Origin: an uncultured cyanobacterium
Lineage (GTDB): Bacteria > Cyanobacteriota > Cyanobacteriia > Cyanobacteriales > CAWUOF01
Reading direction: 5' to 3'
DNA: 64,000 nucleotides
Assembly: GCA_963744145.1 (NCBI GenBank)
Contig: CAVUSO010000001.1
Location: 7,136,001 to 7,200,000, forward strand
Shown: piece by piece, positions 40,676-51,106 of the stretch
How the letters are laid out: each line of letters starts with the position of its first letter
How positions within the stretch are numbered: position 1 is the stretch's first letter
Notes under the pieces: generated by a model
Database searches by the model: none
Told to the model about the DNA's origin: nothing
What the model saw: only the letters and a program-made list of their open reading frames with translations
Position numbers and translations under genes: made by a program

Positions 40676-41488
40676 ATGCCCAAACCCCACAAGCAATTTG
40701 GTCAACATTGGCTCCGGAGCGAAAAGACCCTCTCCCGAATTGTACAAGCGGCTGAATTGTCCAATTCGGAACGAGTTCTGGAAATTGGTCCGGGAACAGG
40801 TGTTCTCACTCGTCGTTTATTAGGTTTGGTTCAATCTCTAGTTGCGGTAGAAATTGACCGTGATCTCTGTCAACTATTGACGACCCAACTAGGTAAAACT
40901 GAGAATTTTTTACTTTTACAAGGTGATATTCTCACTCTAGATTTAGATTTACAACTCGCTAATTGGCCACAATTTGCCAAACCAACTAAGGTAGTAGCTA
41001 ATATTCCCTACAATATTACTGGCCCGATTTTAGCCAAGCTGTTGGGTAGTATCACTCAACCAACCCCAGAACCTTTTGATTTAATTGTCTTACTGGTCCA
41101 AAAAGAAGTCGCACAACGTCTATATGCTCAACCAGGAACAAAAGCTTTTGGTGCGTTATCAGCACGTATCCAATTTTTGGCTGATTGTGAGTTGATTTGT
41201 GATGTCCCAGCTCAGGCTTTTTATCCACCACCCAAGGTCGATTCGGCTGTAGTTCGATTACGTCCCAAAAGGATCGCACCGACAGTTAATGACCCAAAAT
41301 TACTGGAAACTCTGATTCAGTTAGGATTTTCTAGTCGGCGCAAAATGTTACGCAATAATTTACAAAGTATTCTCGATCGCGATCGCTTGACCAGGTTGCT
41401 CGAACAATTACAAATAAATCCCCAAGTCCGTGCTGAAGACTTAGGTATTGTGCAATGGATTGCTTTAAGCAATTTAGTTGATAATTAA
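40676..41488 (+). CDS. rsmA: 16S rRNA dimethyltransferase
   Basis: KQFGQHWL, LEIGPGTG, VANIPYNIT, PPPKVDS; start placed at ATG 40676, after the MITE. Confidence 0.95.
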   Translation: MPKPHKQFGQHWLRSEKTLSRIVQAAELSNSERVLEIGPGTGVLTRRLLGLVQSLVAVEIDRDLCQLLTTQLGKTENFLLLQGDILTLDLDLQLANWPQFAKPTKVVANIPYNITGPILAKLLGSITQPTPEPFDLIVLLVQKEVAQRLYAQPGTKAFGALSARIQFLADCELICDVPAQAFYPPPKVDSAVVRLRPKRIAPTVNDPKLLETLIQLGFSSRRKMLRNNLQSILDRDRLTRLLEQLQINPQVRAEDLGIVQWIALSNLVDN

Positions 41489-41513
41489 TTATTATTTGCT
41501 TTTTGTTCAGAAA

Positions 41514-42464
41514 ATGCGCTCTTATTCCCTAATTGCCCCTGCCAAAATCAATTTATATCTGGAAATTATTGGCGATCGCCCGGATGGCTATCACGAATTA
41601 GTGATGATTCTCCAAAGTATAAATTTAGCCGATCGGATTGAATTGCGTCCTTTAAGCACCGATATCATTCGGGTCTGTTGTGCTGATCCACAAGTACCAA
41701 GCGATCAGACTAACCTAGCTTATCGAGCTGCGGAATTAATGACTAAACAATTTCCGGAGGTCTTTCAAAAGTATGGTGGTGTGGAAATTGTCATTGATAA
41801 GCACATTCCAGTTGCTGCTGGATTAGCTGGTGGCTCGACTGATGCCGCCGCAGTTTTGGTGGGGCTAGATTTAATGTGGAAATTGGGACTGACTCAACCG
41901 GAATTACAGGTGTTAGGTGGGATGTTAGGTTCTGATGTACCTTTCTGTATTGCTGGTGGGACAGCTTTAGCGACTGGTCGTGGTAATGAACTTTCTCCTC
42001 TATCCTCTGGTTTGGATCGTCTCTATGTGGTATTAGCTAAATATCAGAGTTTAGGTATTTCTACGGTTTGGGCTTATCAGACTTTCCGTCAAAAGTTTGG
42101 TAATTCCTATATTTCTGATCCAAAAAGTCTGGAAGAACGTCAGAAACGAGTACATTCTGGACCAATGGTCAATGCGATCGCTCATCATCATGGTCAGCAA
42201 ATCGGTCAACTCCTGCACAATGATTTGGAGCGGGTAGTCATACCAGAGTATCCTCAAGTATTAAAATTGCGGGAAGCTTTTGCACAATTTGATGTTTTGG
42301 GCACAATGATGTCTGGTTCTGGTCCGACTGTATTTGCTCTGACCGAATCATTAGTTCAAGCTCAAACTGTTCAAGCACAAGTTAGAGAATTGCTCCCTGA
42401 TCCGGATTTACATTTCTGGGTGGCACAGTTAACTACTACTGGAATTCAGGTAGAAGTAGACTAA
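41514..42464 (+). CDS. ispE: 4-diphosphocytidyl-2-C-methyl-D-erythritol kinase
   Basis: APAKINLYL, DGYHEL, IPVAAGLAGGSTDAAA, MSGSGPTVF. Confidence 0.97.
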   Translation: MRSYSLIAPAKINLYLEIIGDRPDGYHELVMILQSINLADRIELRPLSTDIIRVCCADPQVPSDQTNLAYRAAELMTKQFPEVFQKYGGVEIVIDKHIPVAAGLAGGSTDAAAVLVGLDLMWKLGLTQPELQVLGGMLGSDVPFCIAGGTALATGRGNELSPLSSGLDRLYVVLAKYQSLGISTVWAYQTFRQKFGNSYISDPKSLEERQKRVHSGPMVNAIAHHHGQQIGQLLHNDLERVVIPEYPQVLKLREAFAQFDVLGTMMSGSGPTVFALTESLVQAQTVQAQVRELLPDPDLHFWVAQLTTTGIQVEVD

Positions 42465-42509
42465 TAGGATTGAGCAGAAAAAAAAAATTTATTCTCTTGG
42501 TAAATAGAT

Positions 42510-42821
42510 ATGACTTTAACACCAAAATCTGATCATCAGACTACCTCTGACACCCTACCAAGTCCGCTCCGTTGTATCGGTGGAGGGGTAGTTGCTGGGA
42601 CGATCGCCATTGGTTTTTATTTTGTTACGATCTCGATCGCGACCACTTTTGCGGCTAAACCAATCATTTCTGATAACTTTACCATTAGGAATATCAGTTC
42701 CGCGGTCAGGACATTAGTGGTTGGAAGTACAGCTCTAGGAGCTACAGTTTTTGGGATTGCGGCGATCGGATTAATCGCTCTAGGGATAAAAATTTTGCTA
42801 CAACAATTTAAAAAAGCATGA
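42510..42821 (+). CDS. DUF3082-like membrane protein
   Basis: SPLRC..G, FAAKP, NISSAVRTLVVG; two TM helices. Confidence 0.75.
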   Translation: MTLTPKSDHQTTSDTLPSPLRCIGGGVVAGTIAIGFYFVTISIATTFAAKPIISDNFTIRNISSAVRTLVVGSTALGATVFGIAAIGLIALGIKILLQQFKKA

Positions 42822-43137
42822 TGATATCCTGGGCTAATTTCAGCATTCTATCCATTACTTTTATCCTAGGGCAATCCGTGACATATATCATGGTTTAAAT
42901 AGTGACTTTCTTCTCTGGTAATTGAGAATTTTTATGGATATGATTCCGAGTGGCAGGAGTTCCTAACCTCAATTAACTATTGTTGGTAATAGATTAAGCG
43001 CAGATTAATAGTAAATTGTGTTCAGATCACATTTATTTGCTCTGAAAATTAGACAAATTATTGACAAATAAAAATAGACATAACTATACTAATAATAGTT
43101 TGTATATTCTGATTAATAAAACCTAGGAACAAAGCAA

Positions 43138-44127
43138 ATGACTTTAGTAGCGACACCTCCAAATACATCATCCTCCTCAACATCAAGTTCTAGCTCAAAT
43201 ACACCAACATCAAGTTCAGCAACTGATAATTCATCATCAGTTTCAACCAATACCGCTCAAACAACAACACCCCCAACGAATACAATTCCAGTTACCATCA
43301 CAGCAGTAGTACCAACGACCCCAACCAATTCTTCCCCTACTCCTACCCCAACGGATTCAGTTCCAGTGACAATCGCAGCAGTAGTACCAACGACCCCAAC
43401 CAATGCTCCTGCTACCACTTCAGCTCAAACAACAACCCCTTCAACCAATACAGTTCCAGTTACCATCACAGCAGTAGTACCAACGACCCCAACCAATTCT
43501 CCCATCACGACTTCATCACTAATCTCTGCTCCGACCTCAAATAATTCAACCACAACGACTCCAACAACTCAGATTAAATTGAGTGGTTGTTTCGATGAAC
43601 TCACAGGACGGCTTTATATCTCAAATATCCCTGTCAACGGACAAAGTGTCCAAGCTTCTCAAGGTGGATCTGGTCATGTAGATCAAGTTACCGCTTGTCA
43701 AAACCATCCAACTAGAGGTCAAACTGCTCATCAGCTTGCCACACCAAATCAATATTCCTTATGTGTAAAGCTGTCCCAAGCGGAGAGCAGCATCTTTGAA
43801 CATTTATTAAGCTGTCAGCCCTCTGTTCATCAAAACAACTCACAACAACAACAAAATTCGTTGTGTCTTAACTTAGTTAAAGACAACGTTCATCAAAACA
43901 ACTCACAACAACAGCAAAACTCGTTGTGCCAAGTTCATCAAAACAACTCACAACAACAGCAAAACTCGTTGTGCCCAACTCAGACTAATGAACCCACTGC
44001 TCATAGCTGCTCAATTCCCAACTCAATTGCTCCAATTCCCAACCCAATGGCTCAATGCTTTTCCAGCAAACAGATCCCACTTCCCCAATCTTGTGGTGGT
44101 CAGTCAGGTCATTTTACCTGTGGCTAA
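43138..44127 (+). CDS. Low-complexity Ser/Thr/Pro-rich and Gln/Cys-repeat protein
   Basis: 329-aa ORF with AGGA RBS and upstream TTGACA(43061)/TATACT(43085); internal repeats are in frame. Confidence 0.65.
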   Translation: MTLVATPPNTSSSSTSSSSSNTPTSSSATDNSSSVSTNTAQTTTPPTNTIPVTITAVVPTTPTNSSPTPTPTDSVPVTIAAVVPTTPTNAPATTSAQTTTPSTNTVPVTITAVVPTTPTNSPITTSSLISAPTSNNSTTTTPTTQIKLSGCFDELTGRLYISNIPVNGQSVQASQGGSGHVDQVTACQNHPTRGQTAHQLATPNQYSLCVKLSQAESSIFEHLLSCQPSVHQNNSQQQQNSLCLNLVKDNVHQNNSQQQQNSLCQVHQNNSQQQQNSLCPTQTNEPTAHSCSIPNSIAPIPNPMAQCFSSKQIPLPQSCGGQSGHFTCG

Positions 44128-44192
44128 TTAAACCCAGAATAGTCCCTAGGTTAATTAGGTGATGAGCCGAATCGCTTGATTTATTCCTCAAT

Positions 44193-44832
44193 CTAATTTA
44201 AGCGAATAGTAGTTTGAGTTTGGCTCAGATGAGAAGTATCTCCGTTTAATTCCATTACCCATATTTCGTCAGTACGAACAATTTTTACTAAGCAACATAG
44301 CTTAGTATTAATTTCTGTATATCCCCCCAGTAATCCTGTCGCAGCACCTAAGACAGATGCTCCATGAGCAACCAACAATAGATCTGCTGAAAATTCATCT
44401 GCTAAAATGCGAGCAGTTTGACCAGCTCTTGCCAGACAGACTGCTTCAGTTTCAGGATAGGTAGGGATTACCCGTGACTGATAATCAAGATCTTATCCTG
44501 GGGAATATTTTCTGCAATGCGTCTATGGACAACTTTTCTGGCATAGATGGCATCCAATCAGAATTTAACCATTCACTGAGACCAGATTCTATTTTAATCG
44601 GCAAATTGAGAACTTCGGCCACTTGGTGGGCTGTTTGGACAGTGCGAAAAAAAGGTGAAGCAAAGATATGAGTGATGTTTTCAGCGCGAAGACGTTGAGC
44701 TAGTTCCTGTGCTTGGACTACTCCATCCTCAGAAAGATGTGGATCAAAAGGACGTTCAGCCGTGAAAAACCAATCAGGGTTAACAAAGTCGATCCGGTTA
44801 GCGTGTCTAGCAATCCAGATAGTTTGAGCCAT
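44193..44832 (-). pseudogene. Histidine phosphatase family protein, frameshifted
   Basis: IARHANR, ASPFFRTVQTA, LLVAHG; one extra A near 44492 splits the frame. Confidence 0.85.
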
Positions 44833-44940
44833 AAATTATTTTGATCGATAAATAATCTTAATTGTTCTTTAATATCTCAATTGTGATGAGATTTACACTA
44901 AAAGCTAAAATCATTATAAATAATTGCGGTAACCACAAGT

Positions 44941-45699
44941 ATGACCAAGATCAAAATCATTACCAATACTGTTCTCAAAGCACAACCAGTCGAATCTACT
45001 CAACTCAGTGATGACAAGAAAGAAGCTGTAAAAACTGGCAATTTTTTCGATGTTAAATCCTATACTCCTACAGATAACCACATTAAGGTGATTTTCCCAG
45101 ATAAGTCTGTTAAAAATAGCGATACCTGGTATGTCTTTCAAAAACACGCTGTGGTCGTGAACGATGACAAGATTGTTTACCCAGATCAGATTAAGCTCCC
45201 AGTACCATACTTGTGTCAATTAGATAATACAGAAGATCCTTATGGTACTTGTAATATTACCAGTATGTCAATGGTCTTGAATTATTTTGGCATCAAGGGT
45301 CAAAATAATGACTCAGAACGCTTACCAGATGAATTACATGATTGGATCGATGCTCGTGGTTTAGATCGTCACGACCCAGCATGTTTAGCCCAAGTAGTCG
45401 ATGCCTATGGTGTTCACGACAACTTTAGACAAGATGCTACGATTGAAGATGTGCAAGAATGGTTAACTCAAGGAAATCCAGCAGTTGTCCACGGATATTT
45501 TACATCTTCCGGCCATATTGTTTGCTTGATTGGCTATAACTCTTATGGCTTTATCGTTAATGATCCCTATGGAGAGTATTTTGCTGAAGGTTACGACACT
45601 TCAAGTACTGGTGCAGGGCTAAGTTATTCCTACGAATTAATCAAAAAAACCTGTATGACTGATAACCAGTTTTGGGTACATTTTCTGTCTAAGAAGTAG
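44941..45699 (+). CDS. C39-like peptidase
   Basis: VPYLCQLDN...CNITSMSM...GHIVCLIGY...VNDPYGE. Confidence 0.85.
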   Translation: MTKIKIITNTVLKAQPVESTQLSDDKKEAVKTGNFFDVKSYTPTDNHIKVIFPDKSVKNSDTWYVFQKHAVVVNDDKIVYPDQIKLPVPYLCQLDNTEDPYGTCNITSMSMVLNYFGIKGQNNDSERLPDELHDWIDARGLDRHDPACLAQVVDAYGVHDNFRQDATIEDVQEWLTQGNPAVVHGYFTSSGHIVCLIGYNSYGFIVNDPYGEYFAEGYDTSSTGAGLSYSYELIKKTCMTDNQFWVHFLSKK

Positions 45700-45750
45700 T
45701 CTGGAAATAGATGTCCAACTGGATCAGTAAGAAAACTCTTTTTTCATGGT

Positions 45751-45802
45751 AAATAAATACGTTGTTGCACAGAGTTTGGTTAGCAACAACGTATTTATTT
45801 TT
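45751..45802. terminator. Bidirectional hairpin between convergent genes
   Basis: AAATAAATACGTTGTTGC...GCAACAACGTATTTATTT. Confidence 0.75.
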
Positions 45803-45882
45803 AGTGGGAATTATTCGCTAAAATTAAGTCTGGTGCGTGTTAATTCTGAGCCATTTATGGATGCAGAATGTGGATTTAAAGG

Positions 45883-46707
45883 TTACTCTACTGTCGCAGA
45901 GATATTCTCAATAATGGGCTGACGCTTTTCCAAATCAAACTTATATCCGTGAGGAAGAATGTGTAACTTAGCACCGCAAATTGCTAAGGGTTCATCTTTC
46001 AAAAGCTGATCTATATTGCAATGAGAAATTTCTGATACATCAATCACAGTAACAGCACCTGCGCCAATCACTTCAAATTGATTACCATTGACTACAATAG
46101 CGGTATTTTCATCAATTCCAAATCCCAAAACTGCTGGTTGCTGGGCTAATGCTGAGATTAAACGTCCTACTCTACCTCGCTGTGCAAAGTGCTGATCGAC
46201 TACGATCCCTGGTAAGAAACCCATCCCCCGATCCATTGCTGCGACCTCAACGCGAGGATGGGTTCCTGAATCTCCCTCAACGATCATCATATCTGGCATC
46301 ATTGCCGCACCAGCACTGGTCCCAGCAACGACAATACCTTCTCCATAGCGTTTGTGAATAGCTGAATCGAGTTGGGTATCTTTAATTAAACTAGTAATCC
46401 GAGCTTGATCTCCACCAGTAAAAAATACACCAGTAGCATCTTCAATCGCTGCTAGTAATTTGGGATCGCTAGCGTCCTCTCGCTTGGAGTTGTCAACTAC
46501 CTGCACATTTTCAGCTCCCAAACGTTCAAAGACCTTAATATATGCTTCTCCGACTTCCCCAGGTAAATTTGTTGCTGCTGTCATCACCACAATTCGAGCT
46601 TTAGTTCCTCCAGCATAGCGAACAAATTCTCGCAAAATTTGGCAATCATTTTCTTTATCTTCTGCACCACCAATAATTACTAGTTTCCCATGGGCTTGAT
46701 TTGACAT
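45883..46707 (-). CDS. cphB: Cyanophycinase
   Basis: IIGGAEDK, FTGGDQ, AGTSAGA, DQHF..RGR..RL, GIDENTA. Confidence 0.93.
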   Translation of the reverse strand: MSNQAHGKLVIIGGAEDKENDCQILREFVRYAGGTKARIVVMTAATNLPGEVGEAYIKVFERLGAENVQVVDNSKREDASDPKLLAAIEDATGVFFTGGDQARITSLIKDTQLDSAIHKRYGEGIVVAGTSAGAAMMPDMMIVEGDSGTHPRVEVAAMDRGMGFLPGIVVDQHFAQRGRVGRLISALAQQPAVLGFGIDENTAIVVNGNQFEVIGAGAVTVIDVSEISHCNIDQLLKDEPLAICGAKLHILPHGYKFDLEKRQPIIENISATVE

Positions 46708-46806
46708 ATTTGCTCCAAATTCCATGAATCGAAGTTTATAAGAGATGCTAATAAATAATCAGGAAAATGATTTAAGTATTTTTCCTTCATTGTCTCTTAT
46801 ATTATT

Positions 46807-48273
46807 TTATATTAAATCACTTAAACCATACTCAGCCCAACGACGGTCAACCATTGTAGCTGTATCCGGATCAGATTCCAAAGGTGCACCCCATTCATGG
46901 TCAATTTCGGGAGCAATTTTAGTAGTAGCATCAATGCCCATTCTGCCACCTAACCCAATTTTTTCACTAGCAAAATCTAAAGAATCAAAAGGTGTATTTG
47001 GCAAAATAAAAACATCCCGAACTGGATCAACTTTAGAACTAATTGCCCATACTACTTGACGCGGATCACGAATATTAATATCCTGATCAACAACAATGAC
47101 AAACTTAGTATAAGTAAACTGGGGTAAAGCACTCCAAAATGCTAACGCTGCTCGACGTGCTTGTCCAGGATAAGCTTTTTTAATTGAAATAATTGCCGCT
47201 TTATAACTCAATGCTTCCATCGGTAGGAAGAAATCAACAATTTCGGAAACTTGTTGACGTAAAATTGGTGTATAAATTCGGTTAAGTGCGATCGCCATCA
47301 TTGCTTCTTCTTTAGGTGGACGACCGCTAAATGTAGTCAGGTAAATCGGGCGATCGCGATGAGTCAAACAGTGAAAACGGATCAGCGGAGAATCTTCTAC
47401 TCCACCATAATATCCCATATGATCACCAAAAGGTCCATCAGGTAATACTTCTCCTGGTGTAATCGTACCTTCTAATATAAATTCTGCATCGGCTGGTACT
47501 TCTAAATCTAGAGTTTTACACTTAGTCAGACTAACACCAGCACCACCATAAAGTCCAGCAAAGAGCCATTCTGATAAATCTACGGGAATCGGTGTTGCTG
47601 CTGCCATAATTATTAACGGATCAACACCTAATGCGATCGCGATCTCCAATTTTTTTCCTTGTTCAGCAGCTTTCCGCAAATGTCTTGCTCCACCCCGGAC
47701 GGACAACCAATGTACGGTCATGGTTTGAGCAGATTGTAATTGGAGACGATATACCCCGACATTGGGTGTACCCGTTTCACAATCTTTCGTAATTACTAAT
47801 CCGAGGGTGATAATTTTGCCAGCATCACCTGAATAGGGACGAATTAATGGTAATTTATGTAAATCTAAACTATCTGCACCAATTACAACTTGCTGACAAG
47901 CAGGGAAAAAATTATATCCGGGTTTCGCTTTGAGTACATCAAATAATACTTGACCAAATTCCACTGCTTGTCCAATCGTCTTCGGTGGTTTTGGTTGTTG
48001 TAACATACTCAGTTTTTTGCCCAAAACTTCTAAATCCTCTGGTTGCTGCATATTCATAGCCCAGCAAATTCTTTCCAGGGTTCCCATCAGATTAATCGCG
48101 ACTGGATAAGCAGATCCTTTCACATTTTCAAACAGTAACCCCGGACCACCTCGTTGTAACATCCGTTGGGAAATCTCGGCAATTTCCAAATCTGGGTCAA
48201 CCAGAGTATTAATTCGGTGTAATTGTCCCCGCTCTTCGAGTAGTTTGATGAATCCCCGTAAATCTCTAGTCAT
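46807..48273 (-). CDS. ubiD: UbiD family decarboxylase
   Basis: RDLRGFI, NVGVYRLQ, DGPFGDHMGYY, GRPPKE, MGIDAT. Confidence 0.93.
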   Translation of the reverse strand: MTRDLRGFIKLLEERGQLHRINTLVDPDLEIAEISQRMLQRGGPGLLFENVKGSAYPVAINLMGTLERICWAMNMQQPEDLEVLGKKLSMLQQPKPPKTIGQAVEFGQVLFDVLKAKPGYNFFPACQQVVIGADSLDLHKLPLIRPYSGDAGKIITLGLVITKDCETGTPNVGVYRLQLQSAQTMTVHWLSVRGGARHLRKAAEQGKKLEIAIALGVDPLIIMAAATPIPVDLSEWLFAGLYGGAGVSLTKCKTLDLEVPADAEFILEGTITPGEVLPDGPFGDHMGYYGGVEDSPLIRFHCLTHRDRPIYLTTFSGRPPKEEAMMAIALNRIYTPILRQQVSEIVDFFLPMEALSYKAAIISIKKAYPGQARRAALAFWSALPQFTYTKFVIVVDQDINIRDPRQVVWAISSKVDPVRDVFILPNTPFDSLDFASEKIGLGGRMGIDATTKIAPEIDHEWGAPLESDPDTATMVDRRWAEYGLSDLI

Positions 48274-48370
48274 TGTTTGCAGAATGATTTAGTGTTATAT
48301 TTTATTATCGGATCAGGAAGGAACAATTGAGAAATCTTACTTATTCCTGTTAGATTTAGCGATCGCGGTC

Positions 48371-49555
48371 ATGAAATGTCCCCACTGTGAATCGACTCAA
48401 ATTCGGAAAAATGGCCATCAGAAAGGCAAGCAGCGTTATCTTTGCAAAAATTGCCGTAAGCAATTCGTCGATCATACATCGATCCAAATTCTTGCTAATC
48501 TTGAGTTAGAAGATCATCAGGAAATACCTAGCACTCCAACACCTGAGATTCAGGTGATCACTAAGTTACCGGTAGCTACTTCAGAAATTCAAAACTGGCT
48601 ATCAGCTCAGGGAATATGTCTATTACTTTTAGATGTAGAAAATTTAAAACTTGATGTCAAAACTGAACAATTTTTAGCTACTCTCTGTGTTTATCCTTTA
48701 CAAGTAAAAATTGCCTTTGCTAATTGGAGAAACTCCGCGATCGGACAGCAAGATGTAGACTTCCATAAACGGGGATATCAACTGATTCACGTTCCTGGTG
48801 GTAAAGATAGTGCTGATGCTAAAATGATCGTGAGAGGAATGGCAATTTGCTGTGAATATCCCCAGATTAAAGAAGTTTTTATCTGTTCATCTGATACTTT
48901 ATTAATGCACCTCTGTAACGAATTACAAATCCAAGGATTAACAGTTTATCATGTGCGACGACATGGGACAGTTTTGATTGTGGAAAACCGCAATACAGGT
49001 GAAACTCAGCATTATTCAATTTTAATTGGCTCGGAAATACCTGAGTTAGATGATTTAGCAGAGCAATTAAAAAATTTAGTCACCCTAGAGCAAAATTCTC
49101 TTAATGATCGGTTATGTAATTTGAATAATCTTTCAATTTTATTTCAAGAACGATTAAATTTAGCGGTTAATGCAAATCGCCCAAATATATCTTCTATAAA
49201 TGAAGAAAAGCCAGATGGGAATTTATCAACTTCTGAGTTAGAATTAACTAATCCGTCTCCAGTCAGTGAAACTACCATGTTAATTCCGGGAGTAGAAGCT
49301 AAACCGATCAATTCGGTCGAGGATTTAGAAAGAGTAATTATGCAAATGATTAAAGCCATGACTAGTAATACTGATGTGGACTATGTCGCAGTAGATAAAA
49401 TCAAAAATTTATTTCAGAGCTTATATAATGAACCAGCAGATACTATTATTAAAAAATTTAAACCCAATTCCAGTCTAATTAAGTTTTTGCGATCGCAAAC
49501 TTCTCTATTCAAACTAACTTTACTGAATACCGAACATCAAGTCGCGATTAAATAA
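48371..49555 (+). CDS. IS1-like Zn ribbon plus NYN (PIN-like) domain and probable OST-HTH
   Basis: CPHC...KNG...QRYLCKNC; LDVEN, GKDSAD, SSD. Confidence 0.75.
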   Translation: MKCPHCESTQIRKNGHQKGKQRYLCKNCRKQFVDHTSIQILANLELEDHQEIPSTPTPEIQVITKLPVATSEIQNWLSAQGICLLLLDVENLKLDVKTEQFLATLCVYPLQVKIAFANWRNSAIGQQDVDFHKRGYQLIHVPGGKDSADAKMIVRGMAICCEYPQIKEVFICSSDTLLMHLCNELQIQGLTVYHVRRHGTVLIVENRNTGETQHYSILIGSEIPELDDLAEQLKNLVTLEQNSLNDRLCNLNNLSILFQERLNLAVNANRPNISSINEEKPDGNLSTSELELTNPSPVSETTMLIPGVEAKPINSVEDLERVIMQMIKAMTSNTDVDYVAVDKIKNLFQSLYNEPADTIIKKFKPNSSLIKFLRSQTSLFKLTLLNTEHQVAIK

Positions 49556-49641
49556 ATCCAGAAATGCGATCGGGTGGAAAAAATTATTAGCGATCGCATT
49601 TAGGCTTTTATTTCTCTTGTAATGACAGGATAATAAATTTT

Positions 49642-50217
49642 CTAAGGTAATTTATCTTGCCAGTAAAGCCAAGATTTTAATTCTTCATCTAACGCATACT
49701 TATCACTGTTAGCTAGTGCTAAAATTACTTTTAATTGATTTTTCAATTTTCTTAAGTTTCTAATGTCCTCTATGGGAAGCGATCGCCAATCAGCTACTTT
49801 TTTGGCTAATTCTTCCTGGGAGTATTTCAAATTACCCCAAAACCAATTTAGAATTAGACTAGCATCTAAAACGGGATGATTACTAATTAACCCAAATTTT
49901 TCAATCATAGCGGTACGGAGCATCATTGCAGAAATCATAAAAGACTCACCGCTTCCTAACCTTTGTTTTTCTGCTAAATTGACAAGTTGATCATAAACAG
50001 TGATGGCAATTTCTGCCCATTTTATTGGATTTGAATCATTAGAGCTAGCATTACGAGCATTAATAGCAGCAACATTAGCTAGCAACAACCAGTTAAATTC
50101 CTTGGTTTCATAATTATGACTTGACCAAGAACTGTTTACCCAGGTTAGTATAGTTTCAGGATTTTGCTCTAAAATGTGATTTAGGGAACTTGTTGGTAAG
50201 GATTGAGTCATGTTCAT
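49642..50217 (-). CDS. Hypothetical helical protein, candidate immunity protein
   Basis: Starts immediately after the stop codon of the toxin-like gene. Confidence 0.55.
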   Translation of the reverse strand: MNMTQSLPTSSLNHILEQNPETILTWVNSSWSSHNYETKEFNWLLLANVAAINARNASSNDSNPIKWAEIAITVYDQLVNLAEKQRLGSGESFMISAMMLRTAMIEKFGLISNHPVLDASLILNWFWGNLKYSQEELAKKVADWRSLPIEDIRNLRKLKNQLKVILALANSDKYALDEELKSWLYWQDKLP

Positions 50218-51056
50218 TTACTCCATATATTCTAGATCAGCTTGAGAGGTATTTATCCCATATTCTTGAAAAGCAGTAATGGCAATCTCTAAGGTTTGTG
50301 GAGTTGGTTTAAAATGCCCGCTGTGATTGGTAATTTTCAGTAAAATATATGAACCGTTACTACCAACAATGTCTGCTTCACCCGCAGCTAAAACAGGCTG
50401 ACCGCGAGTTATAACAGTATGGTATATTTCATTATTAATATCCAAGAATTTTGGCATGATAAGTAATTCTCCCTGAGTAGTTACTGCCCATTTTATTGTT
50501 CCTTCGTTAATTACAGCGGATTCCACGTTGATGAAGTACATTCAGTTATCTCGTTTGGTTGGGCGGGTTTATGATGGTGATCTATTTGGATCAGAATTGA
50601 TTGGTGAACCCGCCCCTACAAATCCTGGTTGATTGTCATCATAAATTCATCGATTTTTTGGTAAATAATCCCAGATCCTGGTTGATCACTTGTAGGGGCG
50701 GGTTCACCGATGAATTTGCCACACACAAATAACCCTTGTGCCGAGCGCAGTCGAGGTATTGATGAACCCGCCCAACCCCACAGATCACCTGAATGAACCT
50801 ACCCCCATCTGGACCTTACAGACAACACAGCTATACTTCATCAACCTGGAATAGGCTGTATATCATCAAATCCAGGTTCTCCTACTTTTACAGGAATAAT
50901 ACCTAAATTATCTGCTGTTTGAAGTTCAACACCCAAATTTTCTGGGTACTGATTGAAAAAAAAAACGTTGGCGTTGGAGTCATTATTTGAAGATGATTGT
51001 ACCACAACAATCTGTGATTGCTCTATAATGTATATTTGGATTTGAAGGGTTGGCAA
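50218..51056 (-). pseudogene. Toxin-like NHSGH-motif gene interrupted by a MITE
   Basis: Removing the MITE and one TA gives in-frame ...EPGFDD-IINEGTIKWAVT...YHTVITRGQPVLAAGE...TNHSGHFKP. Confidence 0.75.
50514..50858. mobile_element. 345-bp MITE with TA duplication
   Basis: TIR CAGCGGATTCCACGTTGATGAAGTA / TACTTCATCAACCTGGAATAGGCTG, flanked by TA on both sides. Confidence 0.88.
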
Positions 51057-51106
51057 TGTTAAACAATTTCAAAAAATTAAAAGAGTTACTACTAAAGACG
51101 CCTCCG

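Noticed and set aside
48371..48470. IS1 element
   Set aside because: Only the Zn ribbon is present, fused in frame to NYN; no InsB or TIRs.
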